Shown: piece by piece, positions 25,688-35,596 of the stretch
How positions within the stretch are numbered: the stretch's first letter is position 1
How the letters are laid out: each line of letters opens with the position of its first letter
Source of the DNA: Hydrogenothermaceae bacterium
GTDB lineage: Bacteria; Aquificota; Aquificia; Aquificales; Hydrogenothermaceae
Reading direction: 5' to 3'
NCBI GenBank assembly: GCA_026984355.1
Contig: JALSSG010000195.1
Span: 1-38,717 of the forward strand
DNA length: 38,717 nt
Position numbers and translations under genes: made by a program
Notes under the pieces: model-generated
The model's input: the letters and a program-made list of their open reading frames with translations, nothing else
What the model was told of the DNA's origin: nothing
Database searches by the model: none

Positions 25688-26374
25688 GTGCAAATAGATA
25701 AAGATTTTATAGAAACATTAGTTATTACATTCAAGCTTGCCTTTTTAACTACTTCCATATTAGTAATAATTGGTATCCCTCTTGGATACTTTCTTGCATA
25801 CACAAAAAGTAAATTCAAACCGATAATTGAAACAGTTATAGCTATGCCTTTAGTTCTTCCACCTACAGTAATTGGTTTTTATTTTCTTGTATTTTTTTCC
25901 CCAGATGCATATATAGGGAAATTTCTAGAAAACATATTTAATATAAAACTTGTATTTACATTTGAAGGATTAGTGGTAGCCTCTATACTATACAGTTTAC
26001 CTTTTATGGTTCATCCTTTACAGTCTGGGTTTTCATCTATTCCAAAATCTATTATAGAAGCTTCATATACATTAGGTAAATCTAAACTACAAACGTTAAT
26101 TAAAGTACTAATCCCCAACACAAAATCATCTATTATAACGGGAATTGTACTTTCTTTTGCTCACACAATAGGAGAATTTGGAGTAGTTTTAATGGTTGGT
26201 GGTTCTATTCCTGGTGAAACAAAAGTAGCCTCTATAGCCATATATGAGGAAGTAGAAGCACTTAACTACAAAAAAGCTCATCTTTATTCCTTAGTACTAT
26301 TTGGTATATCCTTTTTAATCTTACTGATTCTTTTTTATGTAAATAAAAAAATTATTAAAGCTGATAAATTATGA
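25688..26374 (+). CDS. modB: Molybdate ABC transporter permease ModB
   Basis: GTG start, 5 TM, EAA-loop EASYTLGKSKLQTLIKVLIP. Confidence 0.88.
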   Translation: MQIDKDFIETLVITFKLAFLTTSILVIIGIPLGYFLAYTKSKFKPIIETVIAMPLVLPPTVIGFYFLVFFSPDAYIGKFLENIFNIKLVFTFEGLVVASILYSLPFMVHPLQSGFSSIPKSIIEASYTLGKSKLQTLIKVLIPNTKSSIITGIVLSFAHTIGEFGVVLMVGGSIPGETKVASIAIYEEVEALNYKKAHLYSLVLFGISFLILLILFYVNKKIIKADKL

Positions 26375-27240
26375 TAGAAATTAAAATAAAAAAACACCTT
26401 ACTGGGCAAGATACAGAATTTGAGCTTAATATAGATATACATATAAAGGATAAAGAGTTTATTACATTATTTGGCAAATCTGGTGCTGGAAAAACAACTA
26501 TTCTCAGAATATTAGCTGGGTTAACTCCTGTAGATTATGGTTTTATAAAAGTTAAAGAAAAAATATGGCTTGATACTGAAAGGAATATAAATCTTCCACC
26601 ACAAAAAAGAAATATAGGTTTCGTTTTTCAAGATTATGCATTATTCCCAAATATGACTGTAGAAGAAAATATAAAGTTTGCAATGGATAAACAAAATCAA
26701 GAATTTTTAGATAGCATTTTAGAAACTATGCAACTAAAACATTTAAAACATCAAAAACCAGATAAACTATCAGGAGGACAAAAACAAAAAGTAGCTATAG
26801 CAAGAGCAATAGCAAGAAAACCTGATATTCTTCTTCTTGATGAGCCTCTGTCAGCTCTTGATTTGGACACAAGACTAAAATTTCAAGAAGAGATAAAAAA
26901 AATACATAAAGAGTTTCAGCTAACTACTATATTGGTAAGTCATGATTTTTCTGAAATATTTAAGTTATCAGATAGAGTATTTGTGTTATCTAATGGAAAA
27001 ATTATCAAAAGTGGAAAGCCAGAAGATGTTTTTATCCAGGAAAAACTAAGTGGAAAAGTAAAACTAACAGGGCAAATTATAAAAATTGAGAAAGAAGATA
27101 TAGTTTATGTAATATCTGTTCTAATAGGAAATAACATAATAAAGGTTGTTGCTGTAGAAGAAGAGATAAAAGACCTAAATGTTGGAGATAACGTTATAAT
27201 AGCAACAAAAGCATTTAATCCATTTATAATAAAAATGTAA
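26371..27240 (+). CDS. modC: Molybdate ABC transporter ATP-binding protein ModC
   Basis: Walker A GKSGAGKTT, signature LSGGQKQKVAIARA, Walker B LLLDEP, C-terminal TOBE-like domain. Confidence 0.88.
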   Translation: MIEIKIKKHLTGQDTEFELNIDIHIKDKEFITLFGKSGAGKTTILRILAGLTPVDYGFIKVKEKIWLDTERNINLPPQKRNIGFVFQDYALFPNMTVEENIKFAMDKQNQEFLDSILETMQLKHLKHQKPDKLSGGQKQKVAIARAIARKPDILLLDEPLSALDLDTRLKFQEEIKKIHKEFQLTTILVSHDFSEIFKLSDRVFVLSNGKIIKSGKPEDVFIQEKLSGKVKLTGQIIKIEKEDIVYVISVLIGNNIIKVVAVEEEIKDLNVGDNVIIATKAFNPFIIKM

Positions 27241-27276
27241 TATCATTATATAAAAATTTTCAAAAAGGAGGAAATA

Positions 27277-27756
27277 ATGGAAAAATTTGGCTTTGGAGAA
27301 CATCCTTCAAATATATTTGAAAGACTTTTAGAAGGAGGAGCTTTTCCAAAATTTATACAGCTGATAGAAGCAACAGGAATAAAAGAAGAGCTAATTACTG
27401 GAGGTCCATATACTGTTTTTGTTCCTTTTGATGAAGCTATAGACTTAAGTTCAAAAGAAAAAATAGAAGAATTTGAAAAAGCTCTTGAGGACCCAGTACT
27501 GGCAAGAAAAATTTTAAGAAGGCATATGGTAAGCGGTGAATACAAAATAAAAGAGCTTATAGAACGTGGGAAGGTAAAATCATTAAGTGGAGATGAGCTT
27601 AGTATCAAAGTAAGCTGTGAAATAAAAGATGATTACGATTTAGAATTAGATATTGAAGCTGGCAAAATAATAGTATATGTAAATGATGCACAGGTAAAGT
27701 TAGCTAATGTCCCCTGTTCAAATGGAATTTTACATATAATAGATAAACTACTTTAA
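27277..27756 (+). CDS. Fasciclin (FAS1) domain protein without obvious signal peptide
   Basis: H1-like YTVFVPFDEAI and H2-like NGILHIIDKLL motifs. Confidence 0.7.
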   Translation: MEKFGFGEHPSNIFERLLEGGAFPKFIQLIEATGIKEELITGGPYTVFVPFDEAIDLSSKEKIEEFEKALEDPVLARKILRRHMVSGEYKIKELIERGKVKSLSGDELSIKVSCEIKDDYDLELDIEAGKIIVYVNDAQVKLANVPCSNGILHIIDKLL

Positions 27757-27760
27757 AGCT

Positions 27761-27779
27761 TGCCCGCTTCTAGCGGGTA
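27761..27779. terminator. Hairpin between convergent fasciclin and purL genes
   Basis: tgCCCGC-ttcta-GCGGGta. The U-runs are weak on both strands. Confidence 0.4.
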
Positions 27780-27784
27780 ATATC

Positions 27785-30040
27785 TTATTCCAGCATTGAA
27801 GGCAACGTACTTTCCCACAACTTTCTCAACGTTTCCATATCTTCTCTTATTTCGTACTTACCTATCTTCAAATTTAAATAAGGTTCTTTTATAACTTTAC
27901 CTAAAATTTTATAAGCAATCTGACTATTTTCTAGCCTTTGTATAAAATCCTCAAGATTTTCTTTAGAAACTGTTAAAACTATAAGAGTTCTCATCTCATC
28001 AAATAGTTCAAAATCTGGTCTATAATTAGTCTCTATATTAACATCTATTCCAAATGTATTTTCTTCTGAAAAAGCTGATTCTAAAAGAGATGTTATTAAA
28101 CCACCATCAGATACATCATGAGCTGATTTTATAATAGACCTGTTTTCTCTAAAAAAGTTTGATAGTTTTAACTCTAACTCAAGATTTACAGGAGGTATAG
28201 CTCCCTCAACTTTATTGTGTATCTCTTTTAAATACTCACTTCCATTTATAGTTGGTTCCTTATTTACTTCTCCTATAAGGATGATTATGTCCTCAGGATT
28301 TTGATAAAAAGATGATATAGCCTCCTGTGGACTATCAAGAACACCTACAGCAACAACTATTGGAGTTGGATATATATTTTTTCTTTCATTTTCTATAACA
28401 GTTTCATTATAAAGTGATACATTACCACTTATAACTGGAACATTTAGATATTTACATGCTTCAGCCATTCCTTTTGTAGCTTGTTCAAACTGCCACATAA
28501 TTTCTGGATTTTCCGGATTTCCCCAATTCAAGCAGTCTGTAATAGCTAAAGGCTTTGCTCCTGTAATATATAAATTTCTAACAGCTTCTACAACAACCCT
28601 TTTGCCACCTTCATATGGGTCTAAATAAACCCATCTACCATTTCCATCTGAAGATATTGCTATAGCTTTTTCACTTTTTATTTCAGGTTTTACAGACCAT
28701 TTTATTCTTAAAATAGCACTATCACTTCCCGGCTTAACAACTGTATTTATCCCAACCTCATGGTCATACTGTCTATAAACCCATTCTTTTTTTGCTATTG
28801 TAGGCGAAGATATAACCCTTTTTATGCTGTCTTTTAGATTAACTTCCGGTAATAAATTTTGATTAAACACTTTTGTTTTTTCTATATATTCTGGTTTTTT
28901 TCTTGGTCTGTTATAAACAGGAGCATTATCAACAATAGCTGATATAGGTAAATCTGCTACTTTCTCACCTTTATAAAATACCTCCATTCTGTTAGTATCT
29001 GTTGTTTCTCCTATAACTGCAGCCTCAAGTCCATACCATTTAGCTATTTTTATCACTTTATCTACTTTATCCTCATCTACTGCATACAGCATTCTTTCCT
29101 GTGATTCTGAAAGTAAAATTTCATAAGGAGTCATACCCTCTTCTCTAAGAGGAACATTCTCTAAATATATCTTTACACCCATTTTTGATTTAGAACCAAA
29201 CTCTGACGTTGAACCAGCAAGACCAGCCGCACCAAAATCCTGACAACCTACTATTAAATTTTTTTCCATAACTTCTAATGTACACTCTATTAACCTTTTA
29301 CCAAAAAATGGGTCTCCTATCTGAACATTTGGTCTTTTTTCCTCTGTTTCTTCAGAAAATTCTGCAGAAGCCATAGTAGCTCCATGAATTCCGTCTCTAC
29401 CTGTTGCAGAACCAACCATCACCATCTTTTGACCTATTTTTGTAGCTTTTGCCCTGAAAATCTTATCCTTCTTAAGAATACCTAAGCAAAAAGCATTCAC
29501 CAAAGGATTACCTGCATAAACCTCATCAAAAACAACTTCTCCACCTACTGTAGGTACCCCAATACAGTTTCCATAAAATCCTATACCTTTAACTACGCCA
29601 TGAACCAAAGGTTTACTATCTTTTATAGCCTTTCTTTTTCCATCATTTCTTGGGTCTCCAAACCTTAAACTATCAAAAGCACATATTGGTCTTGCTCCCA
29701 TAGAAAGTATATCTCTTATAATACCCCCAACCCCTGTAGCAGCTCCGTGAAAAGGTTCTATATAAGATGGGTGATTATGACTTTCTATTTTAAAAGCAAC
29801 TGCATATTTGTCATCTATCTCAACAACACCAGCATTTTCACCAGGTCCCTGTAAAACCCAGGGAGCTTCAGTAGGAAAAACCTTTAAAAAAGGTTTAGAA
29901 GATTTATAAGAACAGTGTTCACTCCACAAAGCTCCAAATATTCCAAGCTCTACTTCATTAGGCTCTCTACCAATTAATTGAACAATCCTCTTATACTCTT
30001 GTAAAGAAAGACCGTGAGCAGATAATAGTTTTTCATCCAT
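27785..30040 (-). CDS. purL: Phosphoribosylformylglycinamidine synthase subunit PurL (FGAM synthase II)
   Basis: N-terminal [18 protein letters not shown] signature, duplicated AIR-synthase-like domains, 751 aa. Confidence 0.93.
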   Translation of the reverse strand: MDEKLLSAHGLSLQEYKRIVQLIGREPNEVELGIFGALWSEHCSYKSSKPFLKVFPTEAPWVLQGPGENAGVVEIDDKYAVAFKIESHNHPSYIEPFHGAATGVGGIIRDILSMGARPICAFDSLRFGDPRNDGKRKAIKDSKPLVHGVVKGIGFYGNCIGVPTVGGEVVFDEVYAGNPLVNAFCLGILKKDKIFRAKATKIGQKMVMVGSATGRDGIHGATMASAEFSEETEEKRPNVQIGDPFFGKRLIECTLEVMEKNLIVGCQDFGAAGLAGSTSEFGSKSKMGVKIYLENVPLREEGMTPYEILLSESQERMLYAVDEDKVDKVIKIAKWYGLEAAVIGETTDTNRMEVFYKGEKVADLPISAIVDNAPVYNRPRKKPEYIEKTKVFNQNLLPEVNLKDSIKRVISSPTIAKKEWVYRQYDHEVGINTVVKPGSDSAILRIKWSVKPEIKSEKAIAISSDGNGRWVYLDPYEGGKRVVVEAVRNLYITGAKPLAITDCLNWGNPENPEIMWQFEQATKGMAEACKYLNVPVISGNVSLYNETVIENERKNIYPTPIVVAVGVLDSPQEAISSFYQNPEDIIILIGEVNKEPTINGSEYLKEIHNKVEGAIPPVNLELELKLSNFFRENRSIIKSAHDVSDGGLITSLLESAFSEENTFGIDVNIETNYRPDFELFDEMRTLIVLTVSKENLEDFIQRLENSQIAYKILGKVIKEPYLNLKIGKYEIREDMETLRKLWESTLPSMLE

Positions 30041-30146
30041 TAAATAAACCTCTTTTCAATCCTTTTTTGAATATTTTACATATTTTAAACAGAAAAATTT
30101 GCAAATTTAAAAAATTCTAATATTATAAATTTTTGCAAGATTTTTA

Positions 30147-30176
30147 TTGAAATTAAATATAGTTTTGTATTATAAT
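30147..30176 (+). promoter_or_regulatory. Candidate sigma70-type promoter for speH (TTGAAA-18-TATAAT)
   Basis: Hexamers at 30147-30152 and 30171-30176. This implies a leader of about 100 nt. Confidence 0.45.
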
Positions 30177-30228
30177 GTTTTTTCTCAATCCTAGAATAAT
30201 TAATAACCTTACAGGAGGTTTTTTCGTC

Positions 30229-30312
30229 ATGGGCAGTATTAGCCCGAACATCTTCAGAAAAAAAAGAAAGGAGGATAGAAAATGGAAAAAACCCTCGGAC
30301 TGCATATCTTAG
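30229..30312 (+). CDS. Candidate 27-aa leader ORF overlapping the speH RBS and start
   Basis: Translation: MGSISPNIFRKKRKEDRKWKKPSDCIS. GGAGG at 30214-30218 lies 10 nt upstream. It ends at TAG 30310-30312, 31 nt into speH in another frame. Confidence 0.25.
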   Translation: MGSISPNIFRKKRKEDRKWKKPSDCIS

Positions 30313-30692
30313 CGGACTTATATGGAGTAGAGTTCGATAAAATTGACCATGTAGAAGACGTAAAAGCACTTTTAGAAGGTGCTGTTAAGTACGCAGATTT
30401 AAGCAAACTATCATCACACTTTCACCAATTTTACCCTCACGGAGCAACAGGCATCATCCTTTTAGAAGAATCTCATATATCTATCCATACATGGCCTGAA
30501 CATGGATATGCAGCAATAGATGTTTACACATGTGGTGGTAAAGAAAAAACGTTTAAAGCTATGGAATATATACTAAAGGTTTTAAAACCAAAAAGAGTAG
30601 ATGAAAAAATTGCAGAAAGAGGGGTAGTTCCAATAAGTCAGGCTAAAACAAATATAGAAAAAATACAACTTGAACCTGTATCCTCCAGTTAA
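30282..30692 (+). CDS. speH: S-adenosylmethionine decarboxylase proenzyme (small bacterial/archaeal class)
   Basis: Self-processing site LEESHISIHTWPE, plus IDVYTCG. An AGGAGGA RBS is present. Confidence 0.9.
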   Translation: MEKTLGLHILADLYGVEFDKIDHVEDVKALLEGAVKYADLSKLSSHFHQFYPHGATGIILLEESHISIHTWPEHGYAAIDVYTCGGKEKTFKAMEYILKVLKPKRVDEKIAERGVVPISQAKTNIEKIQLEPVSSS

Positions 30693-30737
30693 AATAAGGT
30701 ATTATTTAACTATCAAACTTAAAACTGGAGGAATATT

Positions 30738-31172
30738 ATGGATAAATTAGATAAAAATCTTCTGGACTTGTTAAAGGAATTAACTCCTTCTGTAGTTGCT
30801 ACAGTAAGTCCTGATAATAAACCTTACACTACCTTTGTATCATGGCTTATTGCTGTAGATGAAGAAACTATAAGATTTGCTATTAGCTCTAACTCAAGAA
30901 CTGCAGAGAATATAAAAGGAAATCCAAATGTATGCATAGAAGTCTTTGGACCAGATATTGCTGCAAGCATATCAGGTACAGCAAATATAACAAAAGAGAA
31001 AATAGAAGAACTATCATTTCCAGTATCTGTAGTAGAGGTAAAAGTAGAAGAAGTAAATAATAACCTCTTTCCAGGTGCTACTATAACAGGGGAAATACCA
31101 TTTAAACACACTGGGAATATTCAAAAAGCACTTGAATTTGATAATATAGTATTAAAGGCTTTGAGGGAATAG
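30738..31172 (+). CDS. Pyridoxamine 5'-phosphate oxidase-family (FMN-binding split-barrel) protein
   Basis: The size and the pattern VATVSPDNKPYTTFVSW...IRFAISSNSRTAENIKGNPNV are typical of PNPOx-like proteins. Confidence 0.6.
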   Translation: MDKLDKNLLDLLKELTPSVVATVSPDNKPYTTFVSWLIAVDEETIRFAISSNSRTAENIKGNPNVCIEVFGPDIAASISGTANITKEKIEELSFPVSVVEVKVEEVNNNLFPGATITGEIPFKHTGNIQKALEFDNIVLKALRE

Positions 31173-32018
31173 CTTTTTTCTCATCTCTACTTCTTTTAGC
31201 CAGTTATTATATATAATCTCTCTAGGTGTAGATAAAGTTTTATCTCTCATTACACAAGCATAAGGGGATGTTTTTATTCTTATTTTTTCTTTTTCTGGTA
31301 AAGGAGGGATTTCTCCTCCTTTTGTAGCAACTGTTGAATAACTTTTCCTACCAACAGGTTCTACAAGCCCAATTTTAAAACCTACATCTAACAATGCTTT
31401 TCTAACAGATAAAGCTGCGCTATATGTAGCTAAAATGGCTTCTTTTGTCATAAGTTTAAAAACAATATTAAAAATATCTAAAGTCCACATTTCAGCATTC
31501 ACCTTTGGAGAAAAGGCATCATAAAAAACAGCATCAAACAAATATCTTTCCTCAGCAAGATTTTTTAGTATATTCCTACCATCCCCAAATATTATTTTTA
31601 AAGAAAATTTATTACTGTTAGCTTCATAAACCTTATATGTTTCTTTACCTATTTTAAACTCAGAAACCTTTCCCTTTAAAATTTCTTTTATTATAGGCTT
31701 TAGCTGTAAAGGATAGTTAACTAAATTTAATTTAGTAAGAATACTTTCATCTATTTCCACAGAAATGATATCTAGCTTTGAGTTTTTATCTGTCTGACTT
31801 GCTACATATACAGCAGATGCAACGTTATAACCAAGGCCAAAACCAACATCTAAAATCTTTATACTATTTTTTCTTTCAGCCAGTTTATCTATACCACATG
31901 GATAAACAAACTTATATAAGCTTTCTGTAAATGCTCCAGCTTTAATAGAATGGTATGCCTCTTTAAATAAAGGATTAAACAATGTTTCACTTCCATCTTT
32001 TGTTTTTAACTTTTCCAT
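31152..32018 (-). CDS. mnmC: Stand-alone MnmC-type SAM-dependent tRNA (mnm5s2U34) methyltransferase (DUF752)
   Basis: FKEAYHSIKAGAFTESLYKF, ILDVGFGLGYN, DAVFYDAFSPKVNAEMWT and ATYSAALSVRKAL match the MnmC methyltransferase domain. Confidence 0.7.
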   Translation of the reverse strand: MEKLKTKDGSETLFNPLFKEAYHSIKAGAFTESLYKFVYPCGIDKLAERKNSIKILDVGFGLGYNVASAVYVASQTDKNSKLDIISVEIDESILTKLNLVNYPLQLKPIIKEILKGKVSEFKIGKETYKVYEANSNKFSLKIIFGDGRNILKNLAEERYLFDAVFYDAFSPKVNAEMWTLDIFNIVFKLMTKEAILATYSAALSVRKALLDVGFKIGLVEPVGRKSYSTVATKGGEIPPLPEKEKIRIKTSPYACVMRDKTLSTPREIIYNNWLKEVEMRKKLFPQSL

Positions 32019-32020
32019 AA

Positions 32021-32767
32021 CTAACTTTTAATAAAATTAAATTCAGGTAAATCTTTTATAAGGTTTAACTCATGTAAATACGAAGAAAAAAGTTTAAGAC
32101 TTAAAATATGCTCTTTACTAAGTGAAAAATCAAGATTTTCCAAATAAGTTTTAATATTATCAGGATATGTACTTATTTCTTCTTTAAAAAAACTTTTTAC
32201 ACTGCTTTTTAATTTATTCTTAAAAATATTCACTTTTTGAGGATGTTTTTCGTAAAAATCTTTTCTTACACACCACAAAGCAAAAACAAAAGGAAGTTTA
32301 GTATATGAAAACCATATCTTAGACAAGTCATAAACGTATTTATATCTATTTTTATATTCTAAAGCTTTATTTCCTATTAAAACAGTTCCACATTTTAAAA
32401 ATTCATCAGAGAAACCAAACCTTATTTTCCTTTGGAAAAACTTATTAAAAATAACCTGTATTAAAAAATTAGATGTTTTTGAATCCTTAGAAAGACACAC
32501 ATACTGTATATCTTCAATTGGAACATCTGATACAAGAACCACAGAATAAACATCTTTATAAGAGCTTATAGATATATCTGGCAAAATAAAATATTTATCA
32601 AAGTGTTGTATATACTCTCCAGAAGAAATAATACCAATATCAACATTACCATTATAAATAAGATTGTTTATAAAAGAAGGTACACCTTTAACTATAGTAA
32701 AATCCTTTTTTAAAACAGCACTTTTAAAAGGAAGTGTATTATAAAACTCTATCCAGCCAACTCTCAA
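32021..32767 (-). CDS. mqnA: Chorismate dehydratase MqnA (futalosine pathway)
   Basis: MRVGWIEFYNTLPF, VDIGIISSGEY and LPFVFALWCVR match the MqnA/VitK2-biosynthesis family. Confidence 0.75.
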   Translation of the reverse strand: MRVGWIEFYNTLPFKSAVLKKDFTIVKGVPSFINNLIYNGNVDIGIISSGEYIQHFDKYFILPDISISSYKDVYSVVLVSDVPIEDIQYVCLSKDSKTSNFLIQVIFNKFFQRKIRFGFSDEFLKCGTVLIGNKALEYKNRYKYVYDLSKIWFSYTKLPFVFALWCVRKDFYEKHPQKVNIFKNKLKSSVKSFFKEEISTYPDNIKTYLENLDFSLSKEHILSLKLFSSYLHELNLIKDLPEFNFIKS

Positions 32768-32774
32768 TATATGT

Positions 32775-33818
32775 TTACCTTTTTAATTGCTCAAGCTTTA
32801 TTTCAATATAAACCTTTAGTCTATGTGTAAGCATACTAATTATAGCTCCAAAGATTATACTTACAACAATTGTTAAAATTCCATACATTGATGGATGTTC
32901 ATATGCGAATTTTGCGATAAGATTATTTTGAAGGATATCTATACCTACCTTAACAACCTCTTTCTTTTCAAAGAATAACTGATACATACTAAGCCCTGCA
33001 ACAGCAGTAACTATTATTGCAAGAATTAATTTTGTGTACTCTTTTTTTATCTTCTGTCCAAAAGCAGCTCCAAAAACTGCTCCAAATGAAGAACCAAACA
33101 TAAGCAGTAAACTTAAGACAATATCCACACCATAGTTTACTGTTGCATGAAAATAAGTAAGAAAAGATGTAACAAAAATCATCTGAAACAAACTCATCCC
33201 AACAGCTTTATGTACAGGAAAACCAGCCAGATAAATCAGTGCAGGAATGATTACAAAGCCACCTCCAACTCCCATGATAGCAGCTAAAAAACCAGCAACA
33301 AAACCTATTCCTACTGGAATAAATATAGAAAAAGTCCCTGAAGCAAAAGAAACTTTTAATGGAAGATTTGACAATGCAGTCAGTAATTTAGACTGTTTTT
33401 TCTCTTTCTTCCCTTTAATCACATCTACTAGCATAGTTATTCCAGTAAAACCTAAGTAAAAAGAATACAGTCCAAGTAAAACCTCTCTAAACATTCCCAT
33501 ATCTTCCAGTACTCTTGTGATATATACACCTACACCTCCACCGATAAAACCTGATACAACCATATAAATCCCAAGCTTTACATCAATATTTTTAAGCTTT
33601 AAGTGAGCTAAGAAACCTGAAACTGTAGCTCCTACCATCTGAGAAACAGAAGTTCCAACTGTAACAATAGGAGGAATGCCAAGTTTTATAAGAGCAGGAT
33701 TTAAAATAATACCTCCCCCAATTCCAAGTAATCCTGATAAGAAACCTACAAACAGACCAAGAGCTAAAACAATAAATACATTAACTTTTACTCCTGCAAC
33801 AGGTAATAAAATCTCCAT
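32775..33818 (-). CDS. TauE/SafE-family (DUF81) anion permease
   Basis: Polytopic membrane protein with duplicated GIGGGII / GVGGGFVIIPAL motifs. Confidence 0.75.
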   Translation of the reverse strand: MEILLPVAGVKVNVFIVLALGLFVGFLSGLLGIGGGIILNPALIKLGIPPIVTVGTSVSQMVGATVSGFLAHLKLKNIDVKLGIYMVVSGFIGGGVGVYITRVLEDMGMFREVLLGLYSFYLGFTGITMLVDVIKGKKEKKQSKLLTALSNLPLKVSFASGTFSIFIPVGIGFVAGFLAAIMGVGGGFVIIPALIYLAGFPVHKAVGMSLFQMIFVTSFLTYFHATVNYGVDIVLSLLLMFGSSFGAVFGAAFGQKIKKEYTKLILAIIVTAVAGLSMYQLFFEKKEVVKVGIDILQNNLIAKFAYEHPSMYGILTIVVSIIFGAIISMLTHRLKVYIEIKLEQLKR

Positions 33819-33994
33819 AAGTACCTCAAAATCCTTTACATTTTATTATTCGAATATATATTATTAATAATAACCTTATTTTATGATGTTAATCATTAAA
33901 GGTCAGAATTATAATAACCGAATAATATTGTTTTTTCTCAAACAATGATTTATGCTAGTTTGAATAAATAATGTTAACTAAGTATAAAAAAGTA

Positions 33995-34023
33995 TTGTAA
34001 AGAATATAAGAATATGCTAATAT
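33995..34023 (+). promoter_or_regulatory. Candidate sigma70-type promoter of the efflux operon (TTGTAA-17-TAATAT)
   Basis: Hexamers at 33995-34000 and 34018-34023. Confidence 0.4.
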
Positions 34024-34028
34024 TATAT

Positions 34029-34050
34029 AGAAACATCGAAAGATGTTTCT
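34029..34050. promoter_or_regulatory. Perfect 9-bp inverted repeat with GAAA loop at the predicted transcript start of the efflux operon
   Basis: AGAAACATC-GAAA-GATGTTTCT, read directly. It ends 22 nt before the tolC-like ATG (34073), and the GGAGG RBS follows it. Confidence 0.5.
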
Positions 34051-34072
34051 TAACACGCTGGAGGTTTATAAG

Positions 34073-35596
34073 ATGAAGCGGAATTGGGCATTTTTACTTT
34101 TTGTAGCCCTAATATTTAGCGGAATATCTGTTGCCCAACAGAAACAAAATAGAGTACACAGAGTTTCACCAGTAAAGTTAACGTTAGAAGAAGCTATAAA
34201 TCAGGCTCTAAAACATAACTATGAACTAAAAGCTAAAGAAAAGGAAGTAAAGTCTAAAAAATACGAATACAAAGCTGTTTTTGGAAATCTATTTCCTAAA
34301 ATAACCTTTTCTATGCTTGCACTAAAAACAAATAACCCTGGATGGGGAGCTTTCTATAAAGTTTTGCAAAAAGATGTTAGTTTGAAAACTTTTGGTAGAT
34401 ATATGGACATGAGAGATGCTAAAGTTCTTCTTCAGATTCCTAATATGGGATTTGGAACATTTATAGAAGGATTTCCAGTATTTGGTGGGTTTTTTGGAGA
34501 TGTGCTACCTGATTTTCAACAGGGATATGAAATAATAAAGTCAGAACCAGACTATCCATGGACTGGTAATTTTTCTATTAAGTTTGAAGTTAAACAACCT
34601 TTATATACAGGTGGAAAGCTACTTACTGGTCTTGGAATAAGGAAAAAGGATTATTTAGCAACAAAAAGAGAACTAACAAGGTCTAAAGAAAAAGCTATAT
34701 ACGATACTTCAAAAGCATTTTATGGAGCACTTTTGGCAAAGGAAGCTATAGAGCTAGCCAGACAGGCATATAAAGCAGCAGAGAGACACTATAGAACAGC
34801 TCTACAAATGCATCAAAATGGACTTGCAGTTTTTGCTGATGTGCTAAGAGCAAAGGTTTATATGCTGGAAGCAAGAAGTAGAATTACAGAAGCAAAAAAT
34901 AACTATCTCATAGCTAAAAGAGGCTTGTTGCTTGCTATGGGCATGGAAAATTTAGACCCGAGAGACATAGATGTACAGGGAAGGTTGATATGTGAAACAG
35001 TAAAACAACCTGTTACCTATTACCAGGATTATGCAATGAAGCACAGGTCAGACCTTATAGCTATGAGAAAAAAAGTAGATATCTCCAAGGATATGATAAA
35101 AATGCAACTTGCAGCCTTTAAACCGGAAGTAGGATTGTTTTATAACTATGAAACATTTAGTAATGTGCTTGGAAGAGTAGATAGAAGAACCGGATACCAT
35201 ACATATGGTATTGGTCTTGATTGGGTAGTATTTAATGGTCTTCAAAGGGTTTATAAATATAAAGCAGCAAAGTCAACTTATAAAAGATATAGACATGGAG
35301 AAAAGGGATTTGAGGAGTTTATAAAATTTAATGTATACAAAGCATATGAACAAATGCTAATACATAGAAAAAAACTCATGACAGCTAAAGAAAATCTAAA
35401 CTATGCAAAAGAAGTACTTAAAATTACAGAAAATAGCTATAGAAATCAATTGGTATCTATAATTGATTTACTGGATACACAAACAATGTATGATAAAATC
35501 AAATTTGATTATGCTAAAGCAAATCATGATTGTCAGGTTGCAGTCTTAGAACTTAAATATCAATCAGGAATGCTTATGGAGGGTTTTGAGCAATGA
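34073..35596 (+). CDS. TolC-family outer membrane efflux protein
   Basis: Signal peptide MKRNWAFLLFVALIFSGISVAQQ and two OEP-type coiled repeats. I prefer the ATG at 34073 (GGAGG 8 nt upstream) over the track start at 34043, which lies inside the hairpin. Confidence 0.85.
   Translation: MKRNWAFLLFVALIFSGISVAQQKQNRVHRVSPVKLTLEEAINQALKHNYELKAKEKEVKSKKYEYKAVFGNLFPKITFSMLALKTNNPGWGAFYKVLQKDVSLKTFGRYMDMRDAKVLLQIPNMGFGTFIEGFPVFGGFFGDVLPDFQQGYEIIKSEPDYPWTGNFSIKFEVKQPLYTGGKLLTGLGIRKKDYLATKRELTRSKEKAIYDTSKAFYGALLAKEAIELARQAYKAAERHYRTALQMHQNGLAVFADVLRAKVYMLEARSRITEAKNNYLIAKRGLLLAMGMENLDPRDIDVQGRLICETVKQPVTYYQDYAMKHRSDLIAMRKKVDISKDMIKMQLAAFKPEVGLFYNYETFSNVLGRVDRRTGYHTYGIGLDWVVFNGLQRVYKYKAAKSTYKRYRHGEKGFEEFIKFNVYKAYEQMLIHRKKLMTAKENLNYAKEVLKITENSYRNQLVSIIDLLDTQTMYDKIKFDYAKANHDCQVAVLELKYQSGMLMEGFEQ

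Noticed and set aside
27246-27608. A 120-aa ORF antisense to the fasciclin gene, and a 94-aa ORF (30085-30369) across the speH promoter.
   Set aside because: The sense genes carry clear family motifs. The antisense products have no features, and the second would span an intergenic promoter region.
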